A stretch of DNA of 64,000 bases from an uncultured Nitrospira sp. (lineage in GTDB: Bacteria; Nitrospirota; Nitrospiria; Nitrospirales; Nitrospiraceae), in NCBI GenBank assembly GCA_964582865.1, contig CAZOUA010000009.1:1341-65340 (forward strand). The letters are read 5' to 3'. A program made the position numbers and the translations under genes. The stretch's first letter is position 1; every line of letters starts with the position of its first letter. The notes under the pieces are model-generated. The model was not told the origin of the DNA. It did not search any database and saw only the letters and a list, made by a program, of their open reading frames with translations. Of this stretch, positions 9,580 through 18,282 are shown piece by piece.

Positions 9580-10881
9580 TCAATGCGCGACAGTCTCGAC
9601 CAGCGCTGCGGGATAGGGACAGCGCTGCAGCGTGATATGTTCCTCAAACTCATGCCGGAACAACTTCACGCTGCTCTGCACGAGCACCGACGCACCGGTC
9701 ACGAGCGTACAGTAACCGGTTCCCTTGACGAAACCGCAGAGCTGCAACAGGCTGTCGAGATCCTTCTGCGTCCCCTCGCCGGCCTCGATCTTGGCCATCA
9801 GCGCCGCCAGATTGATCGTGCCCATCCGGCAAGGCGGGCATTGACCGCAACTCTCGCCCTTGAAGAAATTGGAAAACTTCAGGGTCTGCCGCACCATGCA
9901 GGTCGCGTCGTCGACGACGATCACCCCCGCGGAGCCCAATCCCGTTCCCGCTTTTTTCAATGAATCGAAATCCATAGGGAGATCGAGCTGGTCGGCTGTA
10001 ATCATGGAGAAGGCCGGTCCTCCGGGAAACACCGCCTTGATCTTGCGCCCACCCGGCACGCCTCCGCCGCACTGTTCGATGAGCTCGCGAACGGTAATCC
10101 CCATGGGCATTTCATACACGCCGGGGCGATTCACCGCCCCGCTCAAGGAGAACATCATCGTCCCCGGGCATTTCTCCGTGCCGACCTGTGTGAACCAGGC
10201 GGCTCCTTTGTGGAGAATGCGCGGGATGTTACAGAGCGTTTCGACGTTATTCACCAGCGTCGGTTTGCCGTAGAGGCCGTAGTCCGTGGGATAGAAGGGC
10301 GGCTTCTGCCGCGGCATGGCCGGCCGGCCCTGCATCGATTCCAACATGGCCGTTTCTTCTCCCGCGACATAACTGCCGTGCCCTTCAAACACTTGGAGAT
10401 CGATATCGATCCCGCTCCCGAGAATATTCTTCCCGATGAAGCCCCGCTCCTTCGCCTGGGCCAGAGCTTTTTTCAGATTTTCCCGTTCTTCGTGATACTC
10501 GTGATTGACATAGATAAACGAAGCTTTTGCCTGCGCCGTCCGTGACGCGATTAAGCAGCCTTCGATCAGTTGGTGCGGGATGGTCTTCAGCAAATGGCGA
10601 TCTTTGAACGTCCCCGGCTCATGCTCGCCGGCGTTACACACGAAATACCGTTCCTTGACCCGATGGTTCAACACCTTGTCCCATTTCACGCCCGTGGGAA
10701 ATCCCGCCCCGCCGCGACCGCGAAGACCGGAGGCTTTGAGTTCCTGTACGACCTGATCCGGGGACAGATCTTTAACGCACTTCTTCCAGGCTTCGTATCC
10801 CCCGACCTTGATGTACGCATCGATGTCCCAAGGGGTCCCCTCGAGCTTCTGAACGAGGCGTGGTTCAGCCATTGTCGTCAT
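9580..10881 (-). CDS. nuoF: NuoF-like NAD(P)H-binding FMN/[4Fe-4S] flavoprotein
   Basis: 433 aa. GLRGRGGAGFPTG (FMN/NADH site), GEETAMLES, and the 4Fe-4S motif ESCGQCPPCR. No nuoE or other nuo genes are adjacent. Confidence 0.9.
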   Translation of the reverse strand: MTTMAEPRLVQKLEGTPWDIDAYIKVGGYEAWKKCVKDLSPDQVVQELKASGLRGRGGAGFPTGVKWDKVLNHRVKERYFVCNAGEHEPGTFKDRHLLKTIPHQLIEGCLIASRTAQAKASFIYVNHEYHEERENLKKALAQAKERGFIGKNILGSGIDIDLQVFEGHGSYVAGEETAMLESMQGRPAMPRQKPPFYPTDYGLYGKPTLVNNVETLCNIPRILHKGAAWFTQVGTEKCPGTMMFSLSGAVNRPGVYEMPMGITVRELIEQCGGGVPGGRKIKAVFPGGPAFSMITADQLDLPMDFDSLKKAGTGLGSAGVIVVDDATCMVRQTLKFSNFFKGESCGQCPPCRMGTINLAALMAKIEAGEGTQKDLDSLLQLCGFVKGTGYCTLVTGASVLVQSSVKLFRHEFEEHITLQRCPYPAALVETVAH

Positions 10882-11062
10882 GCTGATCTTCAGCTCCGAA
10901 CTGCGGGTAAAGGTGAGTGGCTACTATACGAGCCCCCCCGCCCTCTCGTCAAGGCAAAGAGCTGAGAATAGGCCTGAATCTCAATGGGTTAGGGCCACAG
11001 CCCTACTCTGGACTGGGTATATTGGCCGGAAAAGATGTCCAGCGCATGAGGTGAGGAGGAGA

Positions 11063-11091
11063 GGGGCCGGCAGGAGATACCCGCCGGCCCC
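11063..11091 (-). terminator. GC-rich hairpin just 3' of the membrane-protein gene (putative terminator)
   Basis: ggggccggc / 11-nt loop / gccggcccc, a 9-bp perfect stem starting 11 nt after the stop at 11102. No U-tract. Confidence 0.35.
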
Positions 11092-11101
11092 GCAAAATCG
11101 A

Positions 11102-11689
11102 TTACTTGAAGTGGCTGCCGGCCCCCATGAAGAACAGCATCGGGATCGACAGCATGAAATTCACACGGGAAGCCAGGAGGGCGGTGCGGCCCCATTGAGC
11201 CATCTCCGCCGGTGCCGGAGTGCCCTGCGCAGCTGCCGTCACGGCTGCGATGATCTTCTTCTGATTCGGCCAAATGATCGCATGGACGTTGGCCATCATG
11301 ATGATGCCCAACAGACCGCCGATCCCGAGCGCGATGGCGCCGGTGCCGCCCTTGGAATACAGATAGAAGTACAGCGCGATGCCGGCGAGAACCGTCACCG
11401 TGGCCCCGTGGCGGAACCAATTGAGCGCGGCCGGCATGAGCTTCGGAATGACCACATTCTTCGTCGGACCGTCCAGGCTCTTCAAGAACGCCGCATTGAT
11501 CAGATTGAAGAAATACAGCAACCCGATCCAGGTGATCCCGGCCAAGAAATGGACCCAGCGGAACAGCAGGCCTACCCAGTCAGCCTCACCGGCCCCTGCT
11601 CCAGAAACGCCCAGAAACACGACAACCAACACCAGCGCGAGGGCAAAACCTGCCCCCATCGTCTGCATCGGATCTTCAAGAAATTTCAT
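11102..11689 (-). CDS. conserved integral membrane protein (resembles the N-terminal membrane domain of PuuD/COG3748-type proteins)
   Basis: 195 aa with 4-5 predicted TM helices. The motif WVHFLAGITWIGLLYFFNLIN recalls COG3748. SD AAGGGGG lies 5 nt before the ATG. The family assignment is from memory only. Confidence 0.7.
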   Translation of the reverse strand: MKFLEDPMQTMGAGFALALVLVVVFLGVSGAGAGEADWVGLLFRWVHFLAGITWIGLLYFFNLINAAFLKSLDGPTKNVVIPKLMPAALNWFRHGATVTVLAGIALYFYLYSKGGTGAIALGIGGLLGIIMMANVHAIIWPNQKKIIAAVTAAAQGTPAPAEMAQWGRTALLASRVNFMLSIPMLFFMGAGSHFK

Positions 11690-11855
11690 ACGGCCCCCTT
11701 TTTAGTGCACTGCTAGGATGCTTTGTGTACGTGAGCCCCTCTTCCGTTGTCAAGCAACCGTGACTGACAAGGAGATAAGGCCAGCAGCAATAGACGTTGC
11801 CTCACGTCTCACTCTGCTCCCGTCGCCTTTTACCGATTGCCCTTGGCCTTCACAA

Positions 11856-12797
11856 TCACGCCATCAACCGATCGACCGTCGTACACAGCTCGCGCACGGC
11901 ACTGGCCGACACTTCAAGAGCCGCACGTTCATCGGCCGTAAGCTCGTACTCCATCACCTGCTCCGCGCCGCCACGGCCGAGTTTCACCGGCACACCGACC
12001 ACGACGTTGTGTAATCCATACTCGCCTTCGCAAAGGACCGCGCAGGGGAGAATGCGCTTTTGATCTTTGTGAATCGCCTCGACCATGTCCACCGCCGAAG
12101 CCGATGGCGCGTAAAACGCGCTGCCCGTTTTCAGCAAGCCAACAATTTCAGCACCTCCGTCGCGCGTCCGTTTCACGATCGCATCCAACTTGTCTTTCGG
12201 CATCAGCTCCGAGACCGATTTCCCCTTCACCGTGGTGTACCGCGGGAGCGGCACCATCGTATCGCCGTGTCCGCCCAGCACCATGGCTTGCACATCGGGA
12301 CCCGGCACATTCAGGGCCTCCGCGATAAAGGTCCGCATGCGCGCCGAGTCCAGTACGCCCGCCATGCCGATGATATTGGACTTCGGCAGGCCACTGACCT
12401 TCCTGGCCACATGCACCATCGCATCCAGAGGATTCGTGACAAGAATCAGGATGATCCCGGGAGATCGGGAGACAAGTTCGGTCACCACCGATTTCACGAT
12501 TTTGGCGTTCGTGGCGAGCAGTTCATCGCGGCTCATGCCGGGCTTTCTCGGAATGCCGGACGTGATGACTGCGATCGACGACCCGGCCGTTTCAGCATAC
12601 CCGTTGGTTCCCACTACCCTCGTGCCGTAGCCGCACACGGGGCCGGCCTGCGAAATATCGAGGGCCTTCCCCTGCGGCACGCCCTCGACGATATCGACCA
12701 GCACGACGTCGTAGGCATCTTTCTCAGCCAGCCGTTGCGCGGTCGTCCCTCCGACATTTCCCGCTCCCACTACCGTAATCTTCGGTCTTGCCATCAT
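11856..12797 (-). CDS. mdh: malate dehydrogenase (LDH-like family)
   Basis: 313 aa. [13 protein letters not shown] Rossmann motif, [13 protein letters not shown], and GGHGDTMVP around the catalytic His. Confidence 0.95.
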   Translation of the reverse strand: MMARPKITVVGAGNVGGTTAQRLAEKDAYDVVLVDIVEGVPQGKALDISQAGPVCGYGTRVVGTNGYAETAGSSIAVITSGIPRKPGMSRDELLATNAKIVKSVVTELVSRSPGIILILVTNPLDAMVHVARKVSGLPKSNIIGMAGVLDSARMRTFIAEALNVPGPDVQAMVLGGHGDTMVPLPRYTTVKGKSVSELMPKDKLDAIVKRTRDGGAEIVGLLKTGSAFYAPSASAVDMVEAIHKDQKRILPCAVLCEGEYGLHNVVVGVPVKLGRGGAEQVMEYELTADERAALEVSASAVRELCTTVDRLMA

Positions 12798-12817
12798 CCC
12801 CTCACGTAAAGTGCCAC

Positions 12818-12886
12818 GGGCTGAGGGCCGAGAACTGAGCAGCTCGGATTCGTCCTCTCAGTCCTCAGCACTTCGTCCTCAGTCCC
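12818..12886. repeat. imperfect palindrome built from heptamer units (GGGCTGA.. / ..TCAGTCC)
   Basis: Left arm gggctga gggccga gaactga; right arm tcagtcc tcagcac ttcgtcc tcagtcc. Lies in the spacer between the 134-aa ORF and mdh. Confidence 0.6.
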
Positions 12887-12889
12887 GGT

Positions 12890-13294
12890 TTAGTGTTCAT
12901 GCTCCGTCCATCCCGCCACTTTGAAATTGATCGTACAGACGAAATTCTCCCCGTCGTAAAAATTCACTTTGATTTTCTTCTTGCCGTACGTTTTTGCCAG
13001 AAACTCCTCCGGATTGTCGACGAGTTCCTGATAGCCGCCGGCCGGATACTCGCCGAGATCGTGAAAGACCACGATCATCCCCACCTTCACTTCTTGGAGC
13101 ACCTTCGCCCAACAGCGAGGATAGACTTCCCAAAATTTGGCCTCGATCATGTCCTTGGTCGGTTCGGGACGGTCTTCACCGGGCTTGGTCGGCTGCGCAA
13201 ATTTCGCCAGCCGGCGGACATAGGGGTACTGATGCCCCGTGAACAATTTGTACAACCAGGGTGGAACCGTCGGTCTCTCTGCTGAATCCGTCAT
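12890..13294 (-). CDS. hypothetical protein
   Basis: 134-aa ORF. GGAG lies 6 nt before the ATG. Starts 40 nt downstream of the vWA gene on the same strand. I recognise no family. Confidence 0.6.
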   Translation of the reverse strand: MTDSAERPTVPPWLYKLFTGHQYPYVRRLAKFAQPTKPGEDRPEPTKDMIEAKFWEVYPRCWAKVLQEVKVGMIVVFHDLGEYPAGGYQELVDNPEEFLAKTYGKKKIKVNFYDGENFVCTINFKVAGWTEHEH

Positions 13295-13333
13295 CGATGC
13301 TCCGAACTCATTACACGCTCCCCCTCACTTCAT

Positions 13334-16300
13334 CTATGCCGTAAGCCGTTGATAGATCCGTGGCAATTTCGACGGCAACGACTCTATGCGATCGATGACG
13401 GCGTATTGCACGTCGCCATACATGCGGCGCAGATAGCTGTCCGCTTCGCGGTCAATTGTGACACAGAAGGCATTGATTCCCTGCTGCCTCGCTTCTCGCA
13501 ACGCGGCCTTCGTATCCTCCAACGAGTACTCGTCCTTGTAGTCGCCGTCGAGCGGCCGGCCATCACTCAGAAGCATCAAAATTCTGGTCTTGGCTTCACG
13601 GGCGTTCAGTTTGGCCACCGCATGGCGGATGGCGGCGCCATCCCGATTTTGCTGGCGCGGCCCCAGCCCGCCCAATCGGTGCGCCGTGGCGCTGCCCAAC
13701 CGTTCGTCGAAATCCTTGACCGTCAAGAAATCCACCGAGGCACGGCCTTGCCCCGAATAGGCGTAGAGCCCGTACTGATCGCCCACCGCATCGAGCGCTT
13801 CGCACAGGAGCACGAGACTTTCCTTCTCGATATCAATCACCCGCCGGCCGCTTTCCACCTGCCGGCTGGTCGAACCGCTCACGTCGACCAGGAACGCCAC
13901 CGCCACGCTACGTTCTTTTTTCTCACGACGGACGTAGACACGGTCGCTTCCTTCAAATCCAGCGCATTGCTCGGTTGCCCGACGCACGACAGCATCGATA
14001 TCCACATCCTCGCCGTCCGCCTGGCCGGCGACACGGCGAAACGCCGGAGGACGCAGACTCTCGAAAAATCGTCGAAGAGACTTGATGACGCTCCGGTGAG
14101 TCGTCAGCGTCGAAGACACGCACTCGTCGGACCCAGCTTCCGCCGATCGCTCGACGACACGGCACCAATTCAGCCGATAGTCTTGAATCGTGTGATCCCA
14201 CTCGGGATACCGAACCGCCCGTTCGCCATGAGCGGTCGGCTCCGGGACAGGCTGCGGCTCCACATCCAAGGCGAGCAACTCCTCCACCGCCGACGGCAAC
14301 GAACGCCCCCCGCCGAGCACATCCCCGGAGGCGGATTCCTGTTCGCCATGCCGGCCGCCTTGGCCCAGCCCAGACCGCTCCTTGGAACCACCGCCCTGGC
14401 TCGCCATGCGATCCAGTTCCGCCTGCCGCTCATCGGCCTGCTCCTGATCCCGCTTGATGAATTCAGGATTCATTTCTCCCCGATAGACCCAATTCGTCAC
14501 AGGCCGGTACACTTCGCTCTGATTCTCCGAAGCCGTCGGCCCCATACCGAGTTCTTGCGAATCGTCCTTGGCCTCCTCCGACCTGATCATCTCGGCGCGC
14601 GGAGCCAACAGTTCTTCCATTCGAATATACACGTCATGGACGAGCCGAACCGTCTGCTCTGCCGTTGCTGTCGTCGTAAAGACGGGCCGGCAGAGTTTCC
14701 AGAGTATCGAGACTTCTTCTCTGACGGCCTGTGGGACTGCCGCCGACTCCGATTCTCCGGTGGACAACCGCAAGAGACAATCGACAATCAGCTCCTTGGC
14801 CGTGAGACCCTGCGCAGGATCGCGAGGGGTAATCGCTTCAGCCGCCAACTGCGCCAGGTCGCGCTTGAGACCGGGGTACTCTGCCTGAAGCAGGAACTCG
14901 ACGCGCGCATCTTCCAGCACCACCCAGAGATCGTGAATCAGTCGCGGGTGGGGATAAAGACGAAACAGCGCGGCCAAAGAATCCGGTGACGTCTGCGGCG
15001 GACGGCTATAGCGCCGGCGCACGGCCTCAACCAGATCCGAAAGCGGCTCCAGCGTGAGACGGTAGGTGCCGAACTCGAGGTGGCCGGCTTCGTGCGCCGC
15101 CATGACCAGATAGAGGCGTTCGTTTTGCTCCGCGACAGGATAACGACGAAGAAGCCCCGGCAATGAAATTGCCCGCCCGTCGGCGCTCACCGTCGCGCGG
15201 GCAGCGGGGGCCGTAATCGACTCCGGAAGTGCGGTAATGGATATGTCCGTTCCGCAAAGCCCCTGGACAAAGAGCTTGACCTTGCGGGCCACCTGTCGAA
15301 GCGTGACCCCGCTCAACGCCTGCTCAACCGATGAGAGCGCCTTCTGCGACTCCATCGCGAAGTAGGCCTGCGCACCTTCAGGACTGTAGGCCAGGACTTC
15401 TATCCCGGCCTTAAACCATTGTTCAAATCGTGACGCAGTCTGCGGCCCATCCCCGATGAGGCCCACCACTTCTGGACATTGGCGAAGATACGAGAGCGTC
15501 GCTCCGGCATCTTTCTCCGCGAGTAACGCGCCGAACTGCAACACTTTCATTTGCCAATCCACCGTCGGCAGAGCCCGAAGCAGCCTGGGCGATTCTGCCA
15601 GCCAGGCGACGCCTGATTCCGGCGAACGCTCAGCGAGCAACGCTCCCAACGCCACGACCTTCGAGCGAACCAGCCTATGTTCGATATCGCCCAAGATAGC
15701 GGGGCTGGTCCTGAGAAACTCCATCGTGGCGAGATAGTCCGGCCTCCCGATCGTATTCGGCGCAATCAGTTTCATGCCGAACGACAACCAATTTCGCACC
15801 TCGCTGAGCGGGAGGACAGGAGACAGTGCAGAAATTTGACGAATGTATTCCAGTCCCACCACAACATCGACCTTGGTCAGTTCCACGCTGATCTCAAGCC
15901 AGGGTCTCAGTTGTTCCGTAGGAACAGCAGCAAGAATCTGCGGAGCGGTTCTGAGATATTCCAACGTGACGTTGGCATCCTGATCGGCCATCTCAAGCCC
16001 GATTTCCAGAACTGCCTTGCGCGCGCCGGCCGGTTCGATCAGCCCGAGAATCAACGGACTGTCTTTGAAATATTTCAGCGCCGTGGCACCGGATGATTCC
16101 GCCAGCGCGACCCCCAGATCGAGCCAGGGGATGACGTGGGAGCATCCGGCGCGCCGATCCAGCTCGGGAAGCGCTTCGACCGCTGCCCGGGCCGCTTTTG
16201 AAGACTGCTCTTCGAGCTCACTCAGCAAACTCAGCACCGCCGCCAGCACATTGGCCTCGCCTTCCAGCTCAGTCAGCCGGGTTGCGAGTGATTCCGCTGT

Positions 16301-16363
16301 TGCGGCTCCCAGTTCACCGGCCAGCCGGTCAATCAACGCCTTCCTGTTTGAAACGTCGTTCAT
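13334..16363 (-). CDS. large von Willebrand factor A domain protein (NorD/CbbO-like partner of CbbQ/NorQ ATPases)
   Basis: C-terminal vWA domain with MIDAS DVSGS (13871-13885) and LLSDGRP. About seven helical repeats of roughly 38 aa in the N-terminal third. HEAGH at 15080-15094. ATG at 16363; the ORF-track start at 16375 is TTG. Confidence 0.88.
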   Translation of the reverse strand: MNDVSNRKALIDRLAGELGAATAESLATRLTELEGEANVLAAVLSLLSELEEQSSKAARAAVEALPELDRRAGCSHVIPWLDLGVALAESSGATALKYFKDSPLILGLIEPAGARKAVLEIGLEMADQDANVTLEYLRTAPQILAAVPTEQLRPWLEISVELTKVDVVVGLEYIRQISALSPVLPLSEVRNWLSFGMKLIAPNTIGRPDYLATMEFLRTSPAILGDIEHRLVRSKVVALGALLAERSPESGVAWLAESPRLLRALPTVDWQMKVLQFGALLAEKDAGATLSYLRQCPEVVGLIGDGPQTASRFEQWFKAGIEVLAYSPEGAQAYFAMESQKALSSVEQALSGVTLRQVARKVKLFVQGLCGTDISITALPESITAPAARATVSADGRAISLPGLLRRYPVAEQNERLYLVMAAHEAGHLEFGTYRLTLEPLSDLVEAVRRRYSRPPQTSPDSLAALFRLYPHPRLIHDLWVVLEDARVEFLLQAEYPGLKRDLAQLAAEAITPRDPAQGLTAKELIVDCLLRLSTGESESAAVPQAVREEVSILWKLCRPVFTTTATAEQTVRLVHDVYIRMEELLAPRAEMIRSEEAKDDSQELGMGPTASENQSEVYRPVTNWVYRGEMNPEFIKRDQEQADERQAELDRMASQGGGSKERSGLGQGGRHGEQESASGDVLGGGRSLPSAVEELLALDVEPQPVPEPTAHGERAVRYPEWDHTIQDYRLNWCRVVERSAEAGSDECVSSTLTTHRSVIKSLRRFFESLRPPAFRRVAGQADGEDVDIDAVVRRATEQCAGFEGSDRVYVRREKKERSVAVAFLVDVSGSTSRQVESGRRVIDIEKESLVLLCEALDAVGDQYGLYAYSGQGRASVDFLTVKDFDERLGSATAHRLGGLGPRQQNRDGAAIRHAVAKLNAREAKTRILMLLSDGRPLDGDYKDEYSLEDTKAALREARQQGINAFCVTIDREADSYLRRMYGDVQYAVIDRIESLPSKLPRIYQRLTA

Positions 16364-16507
16364 CGCTTCTTCCAAATCGAGCGAAGTTGTGGATTGTAAA
16401 GGACGGTTCAGCGCTTGTAAACTGTGCGCTGACGCGCAGGCGAGGGCAAGAAAACTCTCGGTCTGTCCTCTAGCCTCTAACCCCTCGCCTCAAGCCAAAG
16501 GATTGTT

Positions 16508-16933
16508 ATGAGCGAACCCAAACAAGAAAGCCTCGATAAGATGTGGAAGTACGTGAAGGGGTTTGCCGAAAAGAGCGGAACCGCCATGCATCCCAATCCG
16601 ACCGTCACCGAGGCGGTCGTGAAAGGCCTGGCCATGCATGTAGATGAACTGGGCAAGCCGCTCTGCCCCTGCAATTTTTATAAGGACAAGGCCGCCGAGG
16701 CGAAACTCCGCCGATGGATCTGCGCCTGCGACGAAATGCAGATCTACAAATACTGCCACTGCCTGCTATTCGTTCGCGAGGACGGCATGCCGATTACGGA
16801 GTATCTGCCCGAAGGCCACGAAGGGCGGGAAGTCTACGGCATCGTCACCGACCCGACGCCGGACAAAGGCCGGGCGCTGAAACACAAAGCTGTTCAAACA
16901 CATTCTGCCGCCTCCGACCCAGAAACAAAGTAG
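16508..16933 (+). CDS. ferredoxin-thioredoxin reductase catalytic-subunit-like protein
   Basis: 141 aa. CPC..(14)..CAC..(9)..CHC pattern (CPCNFYKDKAAEAKLRRWICACDEMQIYKYCHCLLFV) as in the FTR beta chain. AAGGA SD. Confidence 0.85.
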   Translation: MSEPKQESLDKMWKYVKGFAEKSGTAMHPNPTVTEAVVKGLAMHVDELGKPLCPCNFYKDKAAEAKLRRWICACDEMQIYKYCHCLLFVREDGMPITEYLPEGHEGREVYGIVTDPTPDKGRALKHKAVQTHSAASDPETK

Positions 16934-16950
16934 CTCGCGGCTGGCCCTGT

Positions 16951-17385
16951 TCACTGCCAGCCGGTTACCTCATATCCTTTTTCGATCAAGCAACGCACGA
17001 CGGCATCGGCATAGGGGGGATCCGGTTCCAGCGGTTTGTAGGCCCCGCCGGCCATCCCGACAATGAGCCCGAGTCCTCCGCCCGCCGCCGCTCCAATCGC
17101 CACACCCGTGGGCCCACCGATCAAACCGGCAACCGCACCAACCGCAGCCCCGCCTACCAGCCCAATTCCAGCACCGCTCGCAGCATTTCCCATGCCGTTT
17201 GTGCCGGGCCGGAGCCCTGCCGCCTCGGCTTTCTGCTGGCAAGCCGCCACATCCAGCTCGGATGCCTCACGCCCCTGAAGCTGAAGTTTCGCGTTCGACC
17301 GCAACGTCGGCTCCGGCCCCGCACAGGCCACGAGACTCATCCCGAGAACGAACGCCATCCCGCGCTGCCACGTCAACTGCGACAC
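16951..17385 (-). CDS. glycine-zipper lipoprotein (paralog 1)
   Basis: Signal peptide with lipobox LVAC, Gly/Ala zipper GAGIGLVGGAAVGAVAGLIGG, and a C-terminus RCLIEKGYEVTGWQ shared with the next gene. GTG start at 17385 (ATG alternative at 17358). Confidence 0.7.
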   Translation of the reverse strand: MSQLTWQRGMAFVLGMSLVACAGPEPTLRSNAKLQLQGREASELDVAACQQKAEAAGLRPGTNGMGNAASGAGIGLVGGAAVGAVAGLIGGPTGVAIGAAAGGGLGLIVGMAGGAYKPLEPDPPYADAVVRCLIEKGYEVTGWQ

Positions 17386-17530
17386 CTACAATTCTTCTCA
17401 ACCATATTCTCCTCCTCCCGGCTCGCGACGGGATGGAAGAGGGAGACCTCACGCGCACGCGTCGAACGAGCATCTTCTGAGTCTGCGCGTTCAACGAGCA
17501 CAGAGGTTCCCCCTCCGTCCCGCCCCATCT

Positions 17531-17956
17531 CTACTGCCATCCCGTCACCTCATACCCTTTTTCTTGCAAGCAGCGATTCACGAAATTCGTATAGGCCTGA
17601 CTCGGCTGTGAAGAGCCGACGTTAAACAAGCCCATGAGCAGGCCCCACACAGCACCGCTCGCCGCGCCGATCAACGAACCGCTGCCGGCAGAGCCTGAAA
17701 TTGCACCGCCGACCGCGCCGCTGGCCGCACCAACACCTGCTCCGACTGCCGTATTCGCGGCCACGCGTCCGCCTTTGCCGCTCCCTTCCTCCGCACCGGA
17801 CGATTCGGCCAACTGCTTGCAGGCTTCGATATCCTGTTCCGCGACCGCTTTCCCCACCGATTGGAAGTGGGAATTGGGATACAGTACCGGCTGGACACTC
17901 GAACAGGCGCCCAGGAGAAACGTCCCGCATGCCAAACACAGGATGGATCGCTTCAT
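17531..17956 (-). CDS. glycine-zipper lipoprotein (paralog 2)
   Basis: MKRSILCLACGTFLLGAC lipobox, Gly zipper, C-terminus RCLQEKGYEVTGWQ. The ATG at 17956 overlaps the DUF167 stop (ATGA). The ORF-track start at 18091 is an over-extension. Confidence 0.75.
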   Translation of the reverse strand: MKRSILCLACGTFLLGACSSVQPVLYPNSHFQSVGKAVAEQDIEACKQLAESSGAEEGSGKGGRVAANTAVGAGVGAASGAVGGAISGSAGSGSLIGAASGAVWGLLMGLFNVGSSQPSQAYTNFVNRCLQEKGYEVTGWQ

Positions 17957-18270
17957 GTAGCCACCGGTCCTTTCCGAAGAAGGCATGCCGTGACACGCTC
18001 CGCCGTCACCCCGCTGACACGCAGGCGCTTGCGCCGTCCGCCTGCACCGGAATCGATGTGCACCGCCGCAGCCGGCACGGACAATTCGCACGCAAGAAAA
18101 CGAATCAGCTCCTCATTGGCCGCGCCATCGACGGGCGGAGCGGCGACTCGAATCTTGATCGCATCGCCATGAACTCCGGCACAGGCTGATCGTGACGCGT
18201 TCGGCTGGACGTGGACCGTGAGGACGGCTCCATCTTTGCTGTCCTGCACGATCGCGCGGCGGGAATCCAC
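17953..18270 (-). CDS. DUF167 (YggU/UPF0235) family protein
   Basis: 105 aa. Typical pattern LTVHVQPNASR..IKIRVAAPPVDGAANEELIRFLA..L.V....V.I.SG..GRRK. GTG start. Confidence 0.8.
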   Translation of the reverse strand: MDSRRAIVQDSKDGAVLTVHVQPNASRSACAGVHGDAIKIRVAAPPVDGAANEELIRFLACELSVPAAAVHIDSGAGGRRKRLRVSGVTAERVTACLLRKGPVAT

Positions 18271-18282
18271 AATGGATGTCGC

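Noticed and set aside
10880-11716. 278-aa ORF on the + strand
   Set aside because: It is antisense to the well-formed polytopic membrane protein gene (which has a good SD and TM pattern).
13349-14989. 546-aa ORF on the + strand
   Set aside because: It lies antisense to the vWA gene, which has clear domain motifs. The product is Arg/Pro/His-rich low-complexity with no SD. This is a typical high-GC shadow ORF.
16714-17625. 303-aa ORF on the + strand
   Set aside because: It overlaps the end of the FTR-like gene out of frame and runs antisense to both lipoprotein genes. The composition is Arg/Pro/Ser-rich.
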